From contig BFEA01000032.1 in the NCBI GenBank assembly GCA_003427395.1, positions 2,171,931 to 2,235,930 on the forward strand: a stretch of 64,000 nucleotides of DNA, given 5' to 3'. The position numbers and the translations under genes were made by a program. The notes below the pieces were generated by a model, which did no database searches, was not told the origin of the DNA, and saw only the letters and a program-made list of their open reading frames with translations. The first letter of the stretch is position 1; every line of letters starts with the position of its first letter. This document shows positions 23,901 to 38,070 of this stretch, one piece after another. This stretch comes from Chara braunii (taxonomy: Eukaryota > Plantae > Charophyceae).

Positions 23901-26855
23901 CGTCTTTGGCTGGAGTCAAAGCAACGGAAGCACTGATTAAAGTGAAAATTATAAAATTTATCAAAGAAAAAATTCCTCTATAGTTCCAACATTGTTAGAA
24001 TGTGCACTCATTTCCCTTGTGTCGGGTCAACTTCCCAGTTAATTATCTCCACTTTGGAATTAGGTGGGAAGCAAATAACTATTTTAACACTCCTTGCTTT
24101 GGGCGCATGAGATCCAAATGATTCATAAGACCATATTTATTTGTGAGAATGACTATGAGTATTTGTATCCATGAGATGTATCTCTTGGATGCAAATAACA
24201 TCAGGCGACTCAAATAGTCATTTTAACACTCCCTGCTTTGCATGAGATCTGTACGATTCATATGACCATATTTTTTTTGTGAAAAAGACTACGAGTATCT
24301 ATATGCATAAGATGTGTCTCTTGGATGCAGATAACATCAAGCCAGTCCTTCCCAACTATACCCTTTAGCTGGTCATAAATAACTTGTCTTTTATTCTGTT
24401 TGGCCAAAGTCGATCCATTAAAATTTAGGGATCGTAAATCTAGATGCGCTTTGCGTTTAAATGACTTTCATTCCTTGTCTCTATTATATAATACATTAAT
24501 TACTTCAATTATTGTCATTTCAACCCTTCTCAAACCATTTAAACTAACATGATAACTACAAAATTGTCTGGCATTGACTCAGAATAAGGTGCAATCATCT
24601 CATAGTTCACATCTTTTCCCAGTTATCATCATCTAAAATACTCCCCACATCCAAAGTACCTTGCCTTAAAAGTCGTCTTGGAAGCTCCCCACATCAGATT
24701 CTAACTATAGGTCGCTTGCTTTAATTTTTAGCATCTTCATGCCCTTCAAGTTGTCATGTCCAAACCAGCGAAGATCAACCTGTTTGGCCACTTTAAATTT
24801 GAGATAGATATCTCTCTCTGCAATTTTACACGCTCCTGCTACTAAGGTGAGGGTGACCACTCACATTTTATGTGTGTACGGGGGGTACATTGATTTTTTT
24901 TTACTCATCCCAAAGACGTAGTCCGACATCTAAATCATGTACGTGCTTCAGAAGAGGACAATTAGGCCAGAGAAAAAAATCACGAATAGATCTAATCCTT
25001 AACACTGAGGAATTACAAGGAACATTTCAAATAGCGAAAATCTTTCCTATAAGTTATTTTCTGGGTTTGGGTGATACAATGTGTGTGGTTGTCTTTTCGT
25101 TTAAAAAAAAAACTGAGCAAGAAAAAAACTACTATAAATTAAACACTTTCAATTAAAAAATTTGATTGTTTCATTGAATTTGTTCGCAATGTATGAAAAT
25201 TATGAAAGGAAAAAAAAAAAACTCATTAAAAATGGTTCAACAACGGCCTAGTTTTTTTAGGTTATAAACGTAATGAATATTCCAAAATTTCAGTTCCACA
25301 GACACATTCAAAAGAAACCCAACTACAAAAGAGACTTTAAGAACTACAACAACGAAAGATAGAGTCAAAAGAACAAAAAATGTTGGAACCTTTAGCCAAT
25401 GAAATCCAAAAATTAGAAAGTGAACTATTGACTCAAATAGCGTATCGATGGCAAGGAGTGAGAATCAGAGGTAAGCTTAAACGTCATCAAATAGAAAGGG
25501 CAATGGATGCACGCTTCTTCGCGATAACAAAGGCAAAGACCGAAAATACTGTAATTGAAGTTTTTGAAAATCCTCTAAATAAGAAAGTTTTTTGGGCTAT
25601 TTCTACAACAACTTGCACAAAAATTGATAGAGATATCTTCAATTTTGTTTTCTCTTCAGAAAACAACGATATCGCTATGAATAAAAAAATCAAAAAATTG
25701 AGGATTTATTGCTTTCACTGTCTAAAACCTTATCTCATGAATAAAAATAAAGGATGGAAAAAACCTTTCCCAAAGGAGGAAATATGAAAAACCTTAACTT
25801 TAATGGAGGAGGAGAAATCCATGGAATAGATATAGTACCAAAGCAGTTATGGCAAGCATTGTGTGATACCTTCTCTCAAAATTTAATGGACTATGATCAG
25901 ACAGTTTTGACTTCTAGAGAAATGAGAGAAAGAGTAGGTCAATGAATCTTAACATTACTTTATTAAAGAAAATATAAAAATCAAATATTAGAAATTATAG
26001 CGCAATCACCCTGCTTATAGTTGTTTACAAATTCATAGCTAAGGCATTTACTGATCGCTTAACTAAAATAATCACGAATATCATTCAGCCTAACCAAACA
26101 GGATTTATTACAGGTTATATGATCATGTTGATTGTTTTTCTTTTGATTTTTGAGAAATTAAATTTTGGCCCACGTTTTGGAAAGTGGGTTGAGGTCCTAC
26201 ATAAAAATGTCACTACCAGAGGAATGATTAATGACAATGTTGTTGCTCCTATCTCGTTGCTGAGATCGGTAGGACAAGAAAATCTTAGAACATCCTTTTT
26301 GTTTGTAATTATTATGGAAACCTTGACGATAAACTTACGTCATCATAAAGACATGAGACACATCCAAGTAACATATATCCATGAGGATGCAGTCCTGATT
26401 TGCGCTCTCTTTGCTGATGACCTTTCTCTTATGGTGGAACTGTTGCATGAAAACTTAGTGAAAATTAAAAAATGATGGACAAACTGTGTCCCTTATTTGA
26501 CATAAAAGTTAACTGGGGTCGTAAGACATTGATTTGGTGGATCCATCATCAAGGTGTGAGACCACCAAAGTATCCTCATGTTAAATGAGTTTCTCATGAT
26601 ACTCATATCCGAGTGCTAGGGATATCACTCTCGGCTGAAGGAAAGTCAAACTCCAACAATTAGTGAATCACCCATCAAACCCACATCAAACTGAATTTGT
26701 GGAACAACAAACACTCTTCCTTATTAGGAAGAACATTAGTCATTAATAATATAGTTTTTGTGTCTATCTGACACAAGTATGTCGTATGGGCAATGGATAA
26801 GGAGAACCTCAAAATCTTTCAACGTCAACTAATACCCTTTCTCTTGAGAAACTCT
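21000..26855 (+). mobile_element. Decayed L1-clade LINE A, 5' part (ORF1 remnants, endonuclease end, RT); start approximate
   Basis: APE-like SRIDLIL (~24980); RT motifs IRNYSAITLLIVVYKFIAK...RL...IQPNQTGF (~25987-26106), NFGPRFGKWV...LFADDL (26119-26475) and LNLWNNKHSSLLGRTLVINN (~26690); many stops and frameshifts. Confidence 0.78.
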
Positions 26856-29800
26856 TGTGATGTTTAACTGTGAATTCGGTTGTTCTTGCTGCGGTATGGC
26901 TGTCATTGCGGGACCCTTAGGCACATCAAGGTTACAAAAACCTCTCACGTGAGTCTGAGTGCACCTCTCTTGGACACGAGTGACTAAAATACTTATCCTT
27001 CTGCCCTTCTTACTCTCAGTCCAGTCTTTGGTTCAAAGAGGAAGGCGGCAGGCGGTATTGAAACCCGTATTCCGTGCCAAGGCCTCTGTGGGAGGTTGCT
27101 CCACCAATTGCGGGAACTCTGTCGGGACCTAGGCGAGGTCCTTGAGGTAGAGAACTGTCAGGTATATTTTTTCTTGTTTGTGTGAACCCACTATTTCCCT
27201 TATGGTTACATCTCGCTAGTTTGACTGAGAGATGTGCATGTGTTCCCATATGACTTTGTTTCTTTTCATGAATTAAATGCATGTGTAAATCTAAAGTTTC
27301 TTCTTATTTTGGTTGAAAACAAACTACGGGATGAACTCGGGGAAGGAGGGAGGAAGGTGATGTTGCATGCGTTTGACCGGGTCATTGTTTCTAAGCTGAA
27401 TGACCCATGGTTATATTTATTGACTATTTTCTGAAGGGTCAAATATTGTTTTTAAGTTAAATGGTCTTAGTTATCGTGGGACCAAACATTGCTTTTTAAG
27501 TTAAATGACTTGGTCTGCTTGTTTTTTTATTTTTTTTGACTAAGGTTGGGTTAAAAGGCCCAACTTCATGCTTGAAGTGGTTCAAGATGGACTGAACATT
27601 GTTTTTAAGCTAAATGGTTCAATTTCTTTTTTCATTTTGAGAGAGGATTTTGATGAAAGGCTAAGTATTGTTTTTAAGCTTAATGGTTTAGCTTGAAACC
27701 ACTCACAAATGTAAACTGAGTGTAACTGGAAGTACGTTACTTATATTTGCATGTGAACAAGTAGTTGGACATTATTCATAAGTTGAATGGTTCAACGTTA
27801 AGTCATATCACTAAGAGGAGAAAGGTAAAGTTAAGAGTATAATTGAAAGTAACCGGGGTAAGCTTAAATGGTTCAGTCGTCTGCCCATGTTTTTTTTCTT
27901 TTGAAGATAAGTCAGAGAGCTACTAAACTTTGCATATTAAACAGTTCAGGGCGACTGACAGTGCTTCTAAGCTGAATGGTCTAAGTCACATGCAAAAAAA
28001 AAAAAAAAATAGTTGTGCAACTTGTTCGTGTATATTCTAAGGCATGATGAACATTGTTCTAAGTTGAATGGTCTAGCGTCATGCCATATGTAAGTTGGGT
28101 GTAAAAGATAAATCATCTGAATGTTTTATGAACTGTCTTATGAGAAAATGACTTGGGTTTTTTGTGAGAGTTCTTACACATTATGGTATGGACTTGAATG
28201 AAGTTGAGTGTGAGCTCTACTTAGTTTGAGTCTTTGAGGCGATCGGTAGTTTCTTTAGACGGTCGCCACGTGCTGGAGCTGTAGGAGTTAGTTCAATTCC
28301 TGCATTTTCTAAGTTAAGTTTATTTTACTTGGTCAAAGTTCTCGTATTTTTTTGAATCATTTATTTTTCTTGACTTTGTATAAATTTTGGAAAGTTGCTT
28401 TCTCTACGAGAAGCGCTGCTGAAATTTCTACAAAATCAAGGAGTTAGTCAAATTTTGAATTTTCAAAGTTGAACTTTTGTCTGAGTTTTATATCTGGCTT
28501 AGTATAAATTTGAAAAAAAGAAATTTTCAAGGAGAAGTGTTGCCCGATTTTTTGCTAATCCTAGGAGTTAAACAAAATTTGACTTTGGGAAGTCAGAACT
28601 ATTTTTAAATTTTTATATTTAGATTTTTATAAATTTTGGAATGACATTTTTCTAGAGAAAGTGTTGCCGAAATTTCTGTAAATCTAAAAAGTTAGTTAAA
28701 TTTTATCTTGGCAGGAACTTGAGCTAAATCTCGAGTTCGAATCTGACTTAGTATAAATTTTGGAAGTCAACTTCTCTAAAGGAGATGCTGCCCAAATTTT
28801 TACTGTTTCACGGAGTTAAACAAATTTTGACCCTGTAGAGTTGAGGATCATTTCAGTTTTCATGTTCGAACGAGTATCAATTCGGAAAAGGTACTTCTCC
28901 TACGGGAAGTGCTATCGAAATCGTCTTAGTTTTGAGGAGTTAGATCATATTTTGATAGAAAAGATTCATAGGATCCACCCTACATAGGAGAGATGCTGCC
29001 AAAAATCTTTTTTTCCTTGGATGTTTGCTTAGAGATAAATTCAAATTTAGTTTTCAGAAGTTTTTTAAGTGAAGTATGATATGGAAGTTCATTCTCCATA
29101 CACTTATAGCTTGGTCTTGGGATTGGTTTATCTCGTATTACAAGTCCTCTTTGTACACTTCGATTCAAAATCTGACTAATTTCATCTTTGATCTCACGAG
29201 AATTATCTTCTGTTATCACCGATAACAGGTCGGTTGCCGATTCGTCGATTTACGACGCAACTCTAACTTATTCTCGCCACTAAACCCAAAGGTTTTAGGC
29301 TTTTAGCCCCTGTGGTTTGAATTGTTTTATTTGCGTTTTTGCCCGTATTTTATTGAATGATCATTTAACAAAGATACTGAGTAGTTTATTGGGGAAGGTT
29401 GGACAAAAGTTTAGGCTTGAATGGCTAAAGCAAAGGGTATGAGCGTAGAGAGTGGTTGAAGTTGACCTCGTGTAGCGCATGAACTTTTGGTTGAACCTTT
29501 GGTGTGATTGTAGGTATATTTGTGGTTCAGACTCTGGATGTGACTTGCCTGCGATCACATGTATATATATTTTTAAAGGAAGTCACACTGTGATTGTAAG
29601 AAGTGGTCGTTTTTTGTCATGTACCCCTATGTATGTATATATGTATATATGTATATATGTATATATCATGAGTATTTGTATGGTCTACTATGACCATGCG
29701 TAAGGATCGAGCGGATTTGACTTGAGATAAAAGAGAGCTCCCTATTTTATTTATGCTTTTTAAGGTTTTTATAGTTGGATGTTGATGTCCGTGACAACCG

Positions 29801-30660
29801 TCAAAGTCAAACCTCTTGACTTTTTTTCAGATTCTGGATGATGGAGATCCTTTCCAAGGCCATAAGAGCGAACTGCTACGACAAGTCAGAGCATGCATAC
29901 CACTACTCCCCGCAGGGTGCAGAAGAGGGTGTGGTTCTCAACCGCCTCGACGGTTGTCTAGCGTTGAGAGATTAATCCCTTAAGGCTCGTGTCAGTCGAC
30001 ACTTGAGTGTCTAACTCGACCTTCGAGACTATTGAGCGCCACACGATTACGGGTACTGCATAGTACGCCAACATTGCGACTGCTTGCATATTCCATCATG
30101 GCTACTCGATACGAGTAAGTCTGCGTCCGTGCGATATTAAGTTGAGTCTCGCACGTGTCGTCGAACCGATTTCTGTATCGAAAGGTTATTGGTCGAATAC
30201 AAAAGGGAGTAGAAGTATTTTGTTTGTGTGAGTAAAAAGATTCATTTGTCTTTGGCATGGTGTAACATGTGGTACGAAGGATGCGTCCTAGTCGATCGAC
30301 GACGAGTCCCGCTTGGGACTTCAACCCCCCACTGTGTCGATTCGCGTACGGGTCCGTTGGAGGAGTGAGACCTCGCACACCCTCGGTTGGGTCACCTCTG
30401 AGATTGCAACTGATCAGCTTTCACACGTCGTTCGATAGCTCGATGGGGGTGCACCCACCTAAGGGATGGTGGCAACTCCCGTAAGTGGAGGTACGTTGTA
30501 CCTCGCGTGACTCTATCCTGTCTTAGGGGTTCGCGAGAGGTATGATTGGCGCACTCGGCCGAAGCGACGATAAAGCTCCATTGCACCATGATAAGAAAGT
30601 CCTGCACGAATCCTGCGTGACGCGGCCGGGAAGGTCCCCCTGCGGGACCGATGCGTCACA
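26856..30660. mobile_element. LTR-like insertion (possible solo LTR) interrupting LINE A
   Basis: Termini TGTGATG...CGTCACA (TG..CA, inverted TGTGA/TCACA). Non-coding, with internal degenerate repeats, and LINE similarity stops at the left edge. No TSD seen (ACTCT vs AGCGG). Confidence 0.55.
28330..28950 (+). repeat. ~124 bp degenerate tandem repeat, 5 units
   Basis: TATAAATTTTGGAA...GGAGTTAG.AAATTTTG anchors at ~28379, 28503, 28628, 28753, 28874. Confidence 0.75.
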
Positions 30661-30679
30661 AGCGGTTAAGGGGTAGCTG

Positions 30680-31010
30680 AAAATTCAGGAATGAAAATTC
30701 TGAAGTGAGAGTTTTTGGCAGTCTGAAAATCCCTAATGGTTCTGAAGTGGTGAGAGGTCCGAAGACCCTGAAAACCACCTGTTTAGGCAGGCTGCATCCT
30801 GAAGTGGTGAAGTGAGAGTTTTTGGCAGTCTGAAAATCCTGAATGGTCCTGAAGTGGTGAAAGGTCCGAAGACCGTGAAAACCACTTGTTTAGGCAGGTA
30901 GCATCCTGGAGTGGCGAAGGGTGTCCTGAAGTTGTGAAAGGTCCCTGAAAACCACCTGTTTAGGCAGGCTGCATCTTGAAGTGGTGAAGGGTGTCCTGAA
31001 GTGGTGATGA
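30680..31010 (+). repeat. Short mosaic tandem repeat
   Basis: Repeated CTGAAGTGGTGA and GAAAACCACCTGTTTAGGCAGGCTGCATC blocks. Confidence 0.75.
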
Positions 31011-31029
31011 AAAATACGACTGTTGTTAA

Positions 31030-32720
31030 CCTTCTCTCCGATGCGCTCGACAACGTTATTATCATCACCCAATAGAACCTTTTTAGAGAATCGTTGACTT
31101 GATCACTTTGGAATGGATTTTTTTTCTGCGCAAAGATCCTAAACTTAAGACCAATGATTGGGTGGCCAGTAGGAATCATCCTCAAGAAATTGGTATTATT
31201 ATGGATAAATTTCCTGATGGAGATATTTTATTGTCAGTCTTTGAACTAGGTCAGGACTACACCATCCTCTCGAAAAGCTAGGACAAGATCAGATGGGTAC
31301 AAAACAACCTGATTTTCAAGATCAGAATACTGAGAACAAACGATCAGTGGCTAGCTTTCAAGCCTAACACAACTATTTCAGAACTACTCATAGACCAATC
31401 AATTGGAGTTGAAGCTCAAAAGGAAGAAATAAAAAAATGAGTAGATTTTATAGGAGGGATTTTCATACTCTAACAGTAAAATCAACTTACCGAATGTTGA
31501 GAGTTAAAATTAACCTAAGAGATGCAATCTCTCTAAGATGGATGAAACACCTTAATCTTAGTCCATAGGATATAAAACATATCAGGTGGTTTAACATAAT
31601 GAAATAAAAACCGACAAAGGTAGTATCACTTCAATGCCAAATTGATCATCGCTGCTTGCCCACAAATGATTGGTTGATAGACAGATCCTCCCTGGAAAAG
31701 AAATGATAGCAAATTGATGGTGCAAAATTTATAAGTCTATTTTCCCGAGTAGACTGATTACTGAAACCATGGAGCATACATTTATGTAATGCCCCAGCAC
31801 TATCTGGTTGTGGAGGTGGTGGGAGTGCATCTGGAATCAACTGGTGTCAGGGATACAGTGGCCCTGAAACTGGAAAGCAATAATGTTAGAATTCTGGTTG
31901 TCTGATCCGGATGAAGAATTCACACAATTTTTTTTCACCATTTGAAGAAGGACGGTTATGTGGGCCATCTGGCTGAGGAGATGCACTTACAAAATGGAAG
32001 GATGCAGAATGGATGGGCCTAACTTTACTGGTACAATCAAACAACAAGCCCAAATTGAGATTTCAATGAAATGGGAACAGACAAACGAAAAAGTTTAATT
32101 TTTACCTTCACGAACAAAAATTCTCGAACATATACAAAATTTTACCTGCAGTTGGCTTGGAGCGAACCATGGAGGGAAATTGGAAAAGGTTGTGTGGGAT
32201 AGGGCTTTGGGGTAGGAGGATGAAGAATTGTGTCGGAACTACAAATTGGTCTTTGAAGATCGGACTATGGTAGACCCCTTCATCCCAATGCGCGCATCAC
32301 TGAACTTCCTGGATCCCTTTCCTCCTCTTGCTATAATCATAGTCCCAAGATCCTGGTTTGGTTATGACTAATAGGGTGGAGGTTCTCTAAGTGTGCAACA
32401 ATATTGTGCTAGGTGATATTGTAGGTTCTGGCTCCCATTACAGGTGAAGAGGTACGAAACATTAATCATTCCACGAAGAGCAAAGTACTAGCTTACATCC
32501 TGCAAAGTGACCCCCCCCGTTTCCTTTGGGGCAGCCAATGCTGCCAAGAAAGAGTGCACCTTTTTGTATTGTTTTCATTTCTCAATGTTCCAAAGGGGAC
32601 GTTGGACCCGCTTTCTAGCAAGTGAGGATCCCTATCAATAGAAACAAGCGCTCGCACTGGGGGAGGATGCTCTTATCACCTTCCGTCATAATATAGCCCT
32701 GTTTTATTTTAAAAAAAAAA
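31030..32720 (+). mobile_element. LINE A, 3' part (zf-RVT-like region, 3' UTR, poly A)
   Basis: HRCLPTNDWL (~31646) and ETMEHTFM*CP (~31763) fit the zf-RVT zinc-binding motif downstream of plant L1 RT; ends in an A run at ~32711-32720. Confidence 0.7.
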
Positions 32721-33155
32721 GTCATTGTGGTTCGGTAGCCCCGAGCCTTCAAAATCTTGGTAGCGATGAAAGATTTCTCCACAAGGTTGGGGCTGCGTAC
32801 TGGCAGCTTAAGAACTCCTAATGAGCTCTGCATCACAAAGCATCACACTGTAATTGCATCAAAATTTCAAAAAAGAAAGAAAAACAAAAATCACAGTGTG
32901 TAAGCAGGCCGATAGCAGTGTCCTCAGTCCATGATGTTGGGAGTTTCAAGTTTTACTAACTTTGTGACTTTTCAACTTTTAACTTTTGAGCTTTTGATGA
33001 TGGTTTTTCGGACTTGTCGAGTTTTCTTGCAAGTTTTTTAGCAATACTAGACTTTGGGCCTCGCTCCACTACTCTCGACATGCTCAAAGGACAAAATCAT
33101 GGCGGTGCATCGTTCCATGTTCTGGTAGAATTCACTCTCATTTTGCATCGTTCCA

Positions 33156-33243
33156 TTTTTTTTTTTTTGTCCCAATGGGCCACAAAATAAATACTGAACT
33201 CATCAAAACATATAGTACGCTTGATCTTAGCCAAAAGACCGAG
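33156..33243 (-). pseudogene. Truncated U2 snRNA retrocopy (U2 nt ~9-80) with oligo(A) tail
   Basis: Minus strand reads CTCGGTCTTTTGGCTAAGATCAAGCGTACTATATGTTTTGATGAGTTCAGTAT...GTGGCCCATTGGG, then ACA and an A run; matches U2 CTCGGCCTTTTGGCTAAGATCAAGTGTAGTATCTGTT. Confidence 0.85.
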
Positions 33244-33249
33244 CTCGTT

Positions 33250-36200
33250 TGTTTATTTGTTTGTTTTGCAAGTTTTCAAAACAGAAAATACGGACGAGGG
33301 GGCGCCGGTCGGGAGTGACGCTAGCGCTAGTGTGCTCGCACTCGACCCTAGAGCCGCCCACTACCTTTGGCGGGCCTAGCTGGCGGTGACGGTTCCGACG
33401 TGGAACATTGAACACGGGTGGCAACTCGACGCTTTCGTGATTGATGAAAGTTGTTGGCGGCGGCCATTATAGATGTTGTCAACGGTTAGATTTGTGCTTC
33501 GAGGACGTCCTCTGGCTTCCTGTATTTATTACCTGACACGATAACTGACTTTTGTTTACTTTTGACTAAGTTTGGAGGGCGAGGGCTTAACTTTTCTGAA
33601 GTGCCACAAAAAATGGAGGGGGTACATATGAGAGCTCTGAACGATAGAGCTCAGGTTCCAAATGATAACTATATGGAAGATGAGCGGGTGAAAGAAATGA
33701 CGAGGGCATGTTATGAAGATGACATCCTTCCAACGAACATTGATGGTGGCATCATTGAGGTGAGTGGCAAAGAAGTCACTTTCGTGCTTAACAACTCGAT
33801 CGGCGAGTTGAAGGTGAAGTGGCTAAAATCCAGGACAGTCACAATGATATTTCGAGATGGAGAAAGATTCCATCCAAGAAAGATGAAAGAAGACGTAATC
33901 CGTGCCTATGAAGATGGGTGGATAAGAGACGATGCTTTTGGAGCGGATTTCAAACGTGGCAGAATTAAAGTGGAGTCTCCAAATGCCGCCTCATATATCC
34001 CCAAGGCACATGAAATTACCGACTAGATGTTGGCAAAGAAGACGAACTTCATTGACTTTGTGGGGACGACGTACCGAACTGACTTCAAGCCATGGATGAC
34101 TAGAGCAGAAGTGGGAGATTGGAGAAAGACTATCGATGAGAACACCTTTTGGGTCGTGGTGGTCGAAGTACCTCTGGATGAGATCGTCTTCTTGCACGAC
34201 CACGTAGAAAGGGGGATTGGAAGAATAGTCGAAGCTCACCTCCAAGAAGTTGATGAGACGGACCCCAAGCTAGTTAACCTTCGCTTCGACATCAACCCAA
34301 GCAGGAAAGAGCACATGAAGGACAAGATATGGGTTAAAACCTGCCAAGGAGACTTGATGGAGATGAAGATGGCAAGTGCAGACAACGAGTGGTGTAAGAG
34401 GTGTCTCACCTTTTTTCACATGAAATAACATGTAGACGGCCTGGAAGAAGATCTTAAGGCAGACATGTTGCCAACAACTCAATCGCATCAGGCGTTGGAG
34501 CTTCTCGTTCAATTTACCAAGGTGCTCTCAGTGCACCAGAGGCAGCGACTCAACATGCCTCTGGAGTTAGGGCTAGCAATACCGCCTCATCACGTATCAC
34601 TGTGGGAACTTCAATTCGGATGAATCCAACGTTCTTTCCTCTCCCGGGGCATCCAAGTGGAGGCGTGGGAGTACAGCAGCCACCGTGATTTCCCGGAGTT
34701 GTGGATCCTGCTGTAAACTTCGCCTGGGCGTCTTTTTTAGAAGGTCTTCCCTCGCACTCATTTCTTCATCAACAACAAGGTGTTCCTCCTTCGGACCTAC
34801 TGTTGAATGTGAGTCTATCATTTGTTAATATGCAAGTTTTTTCCCCCTGGGTGTATGGGGAGGGGGGACTCCCCCAAGCCATGAACCCAGGCATGGGTGT
34901 CACTTTGCATTAGCATCGGGGGGTTGCCCCGACTAGTGGTTCAACTTTACAAGGTGGCAGTCAAGTTCGGGGTGAATCCCTTGGAAAAGCACGAAGGCTG
35001 CTTGAGGGCACTGGAGTTGATATTCAAGTCGACCAACCACGAGTGGAAGCTTCAGACAGCTCTAACGGTTGATACCATTCTGTCTCCCGCACTTTGCCGG
35101 GAGCCACAGGTAAGCGTAAATCCTCTCGTGCCTGCATGGAAGCGCTCTCAAAGGGCCAAAGCTGTGTAGAGGCTAGATTGTTACCGATCGTTTATTCTGC
35201 GGTTAGGACTCGCTATGGGTGATCGCTTGGATAAGTGTCGATGGTAATCCCCTACTGTTCAACATGGTTTGCCTAAAATCCCCGATGTCGTGTGTCACGG
35301 AAAATCTTGCCCAAAATCTGTTCTAGAACAAATTCATTTTTCGGCTTATTTATGAAATCACCATGCCTCGTTTTATTGTTGATATTGTCGAAAGTCGAGT
35401 TAAGTTTTTTGCGCCGCTCTTCGATGCCCGTTTTTTACCAGGACAGTTGGACACTCTCGAGAGGGAGGGTCTTCTTCGTTTGATTCCCCTATCTTGGTTT
35501 CTTGAAGCAAGGAAGCATGACCTTCGCCGTATTAGGGTCGTCGCTAACACGACAGTTGAATTACTTTATAAGCTGAATGCTAAACTTGACAAAAATAAAA
35601 AGATTGACTCTCAGTTCTTGAAGCAAGCTTTACTCGAACCTTGGACACAACCTGTTCCAGGTTTAATAAGCTCTGCCCAGATCCAACCGACTGGCGTCTT
35701 GCCCATGAATGGGTAGACTTAAAGTCGTCACGTGGAATATTCCTGGGTTAGGGGATTCGAACGTTAGAAATAAACGTGGTCGCCTAAAAAGTTAGATTCA
35801 TGATAAAAAGGTCGATATCGTATATTTACAGAAGACGAAGCTATCCAAATCGAAGGTGATGGAGTTAGGCGCGTGGTGGGATGACCCTCAAATTTGGTCA
35901 CCTGCCCGTGGTTCGGAGGGTGGTGTTGCTATCTTAGTCCATTGTAATTTATACTCGGAGATTGTGGATTTCTCTACGGATTTGTGGGGTCGTTGGTCTT
36001 GGATTAAACTCAAGATTGGTAGTAAGGAGGATAGTTGCTTCGATTTAACCTCTGACTAACAGCAAAAAACGTGAATTTTTCTTCAACGACCTCCCCTTGT
36101 TCATTCCTGACTGCGAAAATTTAATTATTTTGGGAGATTGGAACACCTCTTTGGATAAAAATGACGAAACTAGAGGTAGTAAGGATGTCAACATACTACC

Positions 36201-38070
36201 CGATCCGATGACCGAGTTAGATTTATCGGATCCCTACAGTCTTTTATATTCCGGTAACCTAGGATTTACCTGGACCTCTAACATACGAGAGGGAAGAGGA
36301 ACTGTCAATAGAAGGCTTGACTTCTATTTATTATCTCCTTCTGTATGGAATGCGACGATCGACATCTCGGAACAGGCTAGCACGCTATCAGACCACAAAC
36401 CAATCATAACCTTTTTCAATGCATCCAAGTCAGAAAGAGGTCTGGGTTACTTCAGAGTCAATACTTTGATTATGAAGGACCCATGCATCAATGACTGGAT
36501 GCACAAATTTTGGAACGACTAAAAAAGAAACCGAGACACCTTTGCTTCAACCGCCGACTGGTGGAATGCCGGTTTTAGAATCGTTTCTAAGCATTTGAGT
36601 ATTTCCTCTCGTATCCTAGCGGCCGTGAGAAACCAGCAAGAAGTTTCCCTGACAAAAAAGGTAGACTTTGTTGAATCCCGAATGAACGTACACCCCGTTT
36701 CTAACCTCGTGTGGAGCTATATTAGGGCAAAACACATGGCGGAATGAAACACCTACCAGCAGGAACAATCAGATATCTAGGCGGAGCGATTGAAAATAAA
36801 AGGGATAGCGGTTTATGACCGCATGAACAGAAAATCGTTCAACAAGCTTACCCCGAAAAGAATGACTTAGTCAATGAGTCTTTTGTTACACCCCTTTGAC
36901 CATGAGCTCCTTGTCGGCCAGTACCAGACTCAACCTTGCCTTTATGTTACAATGTATTATCAAGATATACTAACAACTAGGCGTCCAAATGCGGACTTAA
37001 CGGAGGACCTTTCAGAGAGTTGAAACCATTGACCTGCGTACACAGCCAGAATCTCCACTCAGGGTAAGTTGGATATGGATCGTCTGATTACCGAGGAGGA
37101 AGCTTGAGAGGCGCTGCACTCTATGGCACAGGGTAAAGCCCCGGGAGATGATGGTCTCCCGGTAGAACTCTACCTGATTATCTGGGAGGATATTAAGAGG
37201 GAATTGATTGAGATCTACAACCAAGTTTTGGAGGGAAATAATCTTTCAAAGGGTATGTGGAATGGGGTTCTTTCCTTGCTGTACAAAAAAGGGGACCGCT
37301 TAAAGATTCGGAATTAGCGTCCGATCTCTGTCTTGAATGTGTCGTATAAATTATTAGCGAAGGTCCTCGCTCGCCGCCTAGGTCATTATTTGCCTTTAGT
37401 GATTGAACAAGATCAAGCGGCCGCTCCATCTTCGACAATATAGTCACGACGGTGGAAACCCTTGAGGTAGTAGAAAGAACAAAAGCTAACACCTCGATTT
37501 TTATCCTCAATCTAGAAAAGGTCTATGATCGAGTTAACTGAAGTTACGTCCTTACTACTTTGCGGCATGTGGGATTTGGCGAAAATCTGTGTAACTGGGT
37601 GGTGACTCTATACTCCCTTTCTACTGTTGCGGTTATGGTTAACGACAACCTTTCAGAAACTTTCCCACTAACGAGATCCTTACACCAGGGATGCCACCTG
37701 ACTCCCCTCTTATCTGTCCTGCAAAAGGAGAACCTATTGTGCAACATAAGATAACACCCCCAAATTATGGGTCTTAAGTCAGACTCCGGTCAGTGTAAAG
37801 TTAAGGCGTTAGCCGATGACCTATTCACTATCTCAGAAAATCTAGTTACTTCAATGTCCGCATTGAAAATTTGTCTCGATGAATATTCTGACTTATCGGA
37901 AGCCTCGGTCAATTGGTCAAAATCTGTTTTCTTCCTCCCTGACCCTCTCTCACCAGTGGTGAATTGGGGAATGAAAAGACTAGTCGTTGGAAGCTCCGAG
38001 CGCTTCTTAGGTGTCCAGGTAGCTCTGCTATCTTGCACAATGGATCAAGAAGGAATTCTCCTTCAACGTA
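33250..38070 (+). mobile_element. Decayed L1/Tx1-like LINE B with ORF1 and ORF2 (APE+RT), truncated after RT
   Basis: ORF1 remnants 33562-35716. ORF2 starts at ATG 35709, overlapping the ORF1 stop, with LKVVTWNIPGL, DIVYLQKTKL, IILGDWN, RRLDFYL and SDHKPI (APE), then KAPGDDGLPVELY, LLYKKGD, RPISVLNVSYKLLAK, EKVYDRV, QGCHLTPLL and LADDL (RT). Confidence 0.9.
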
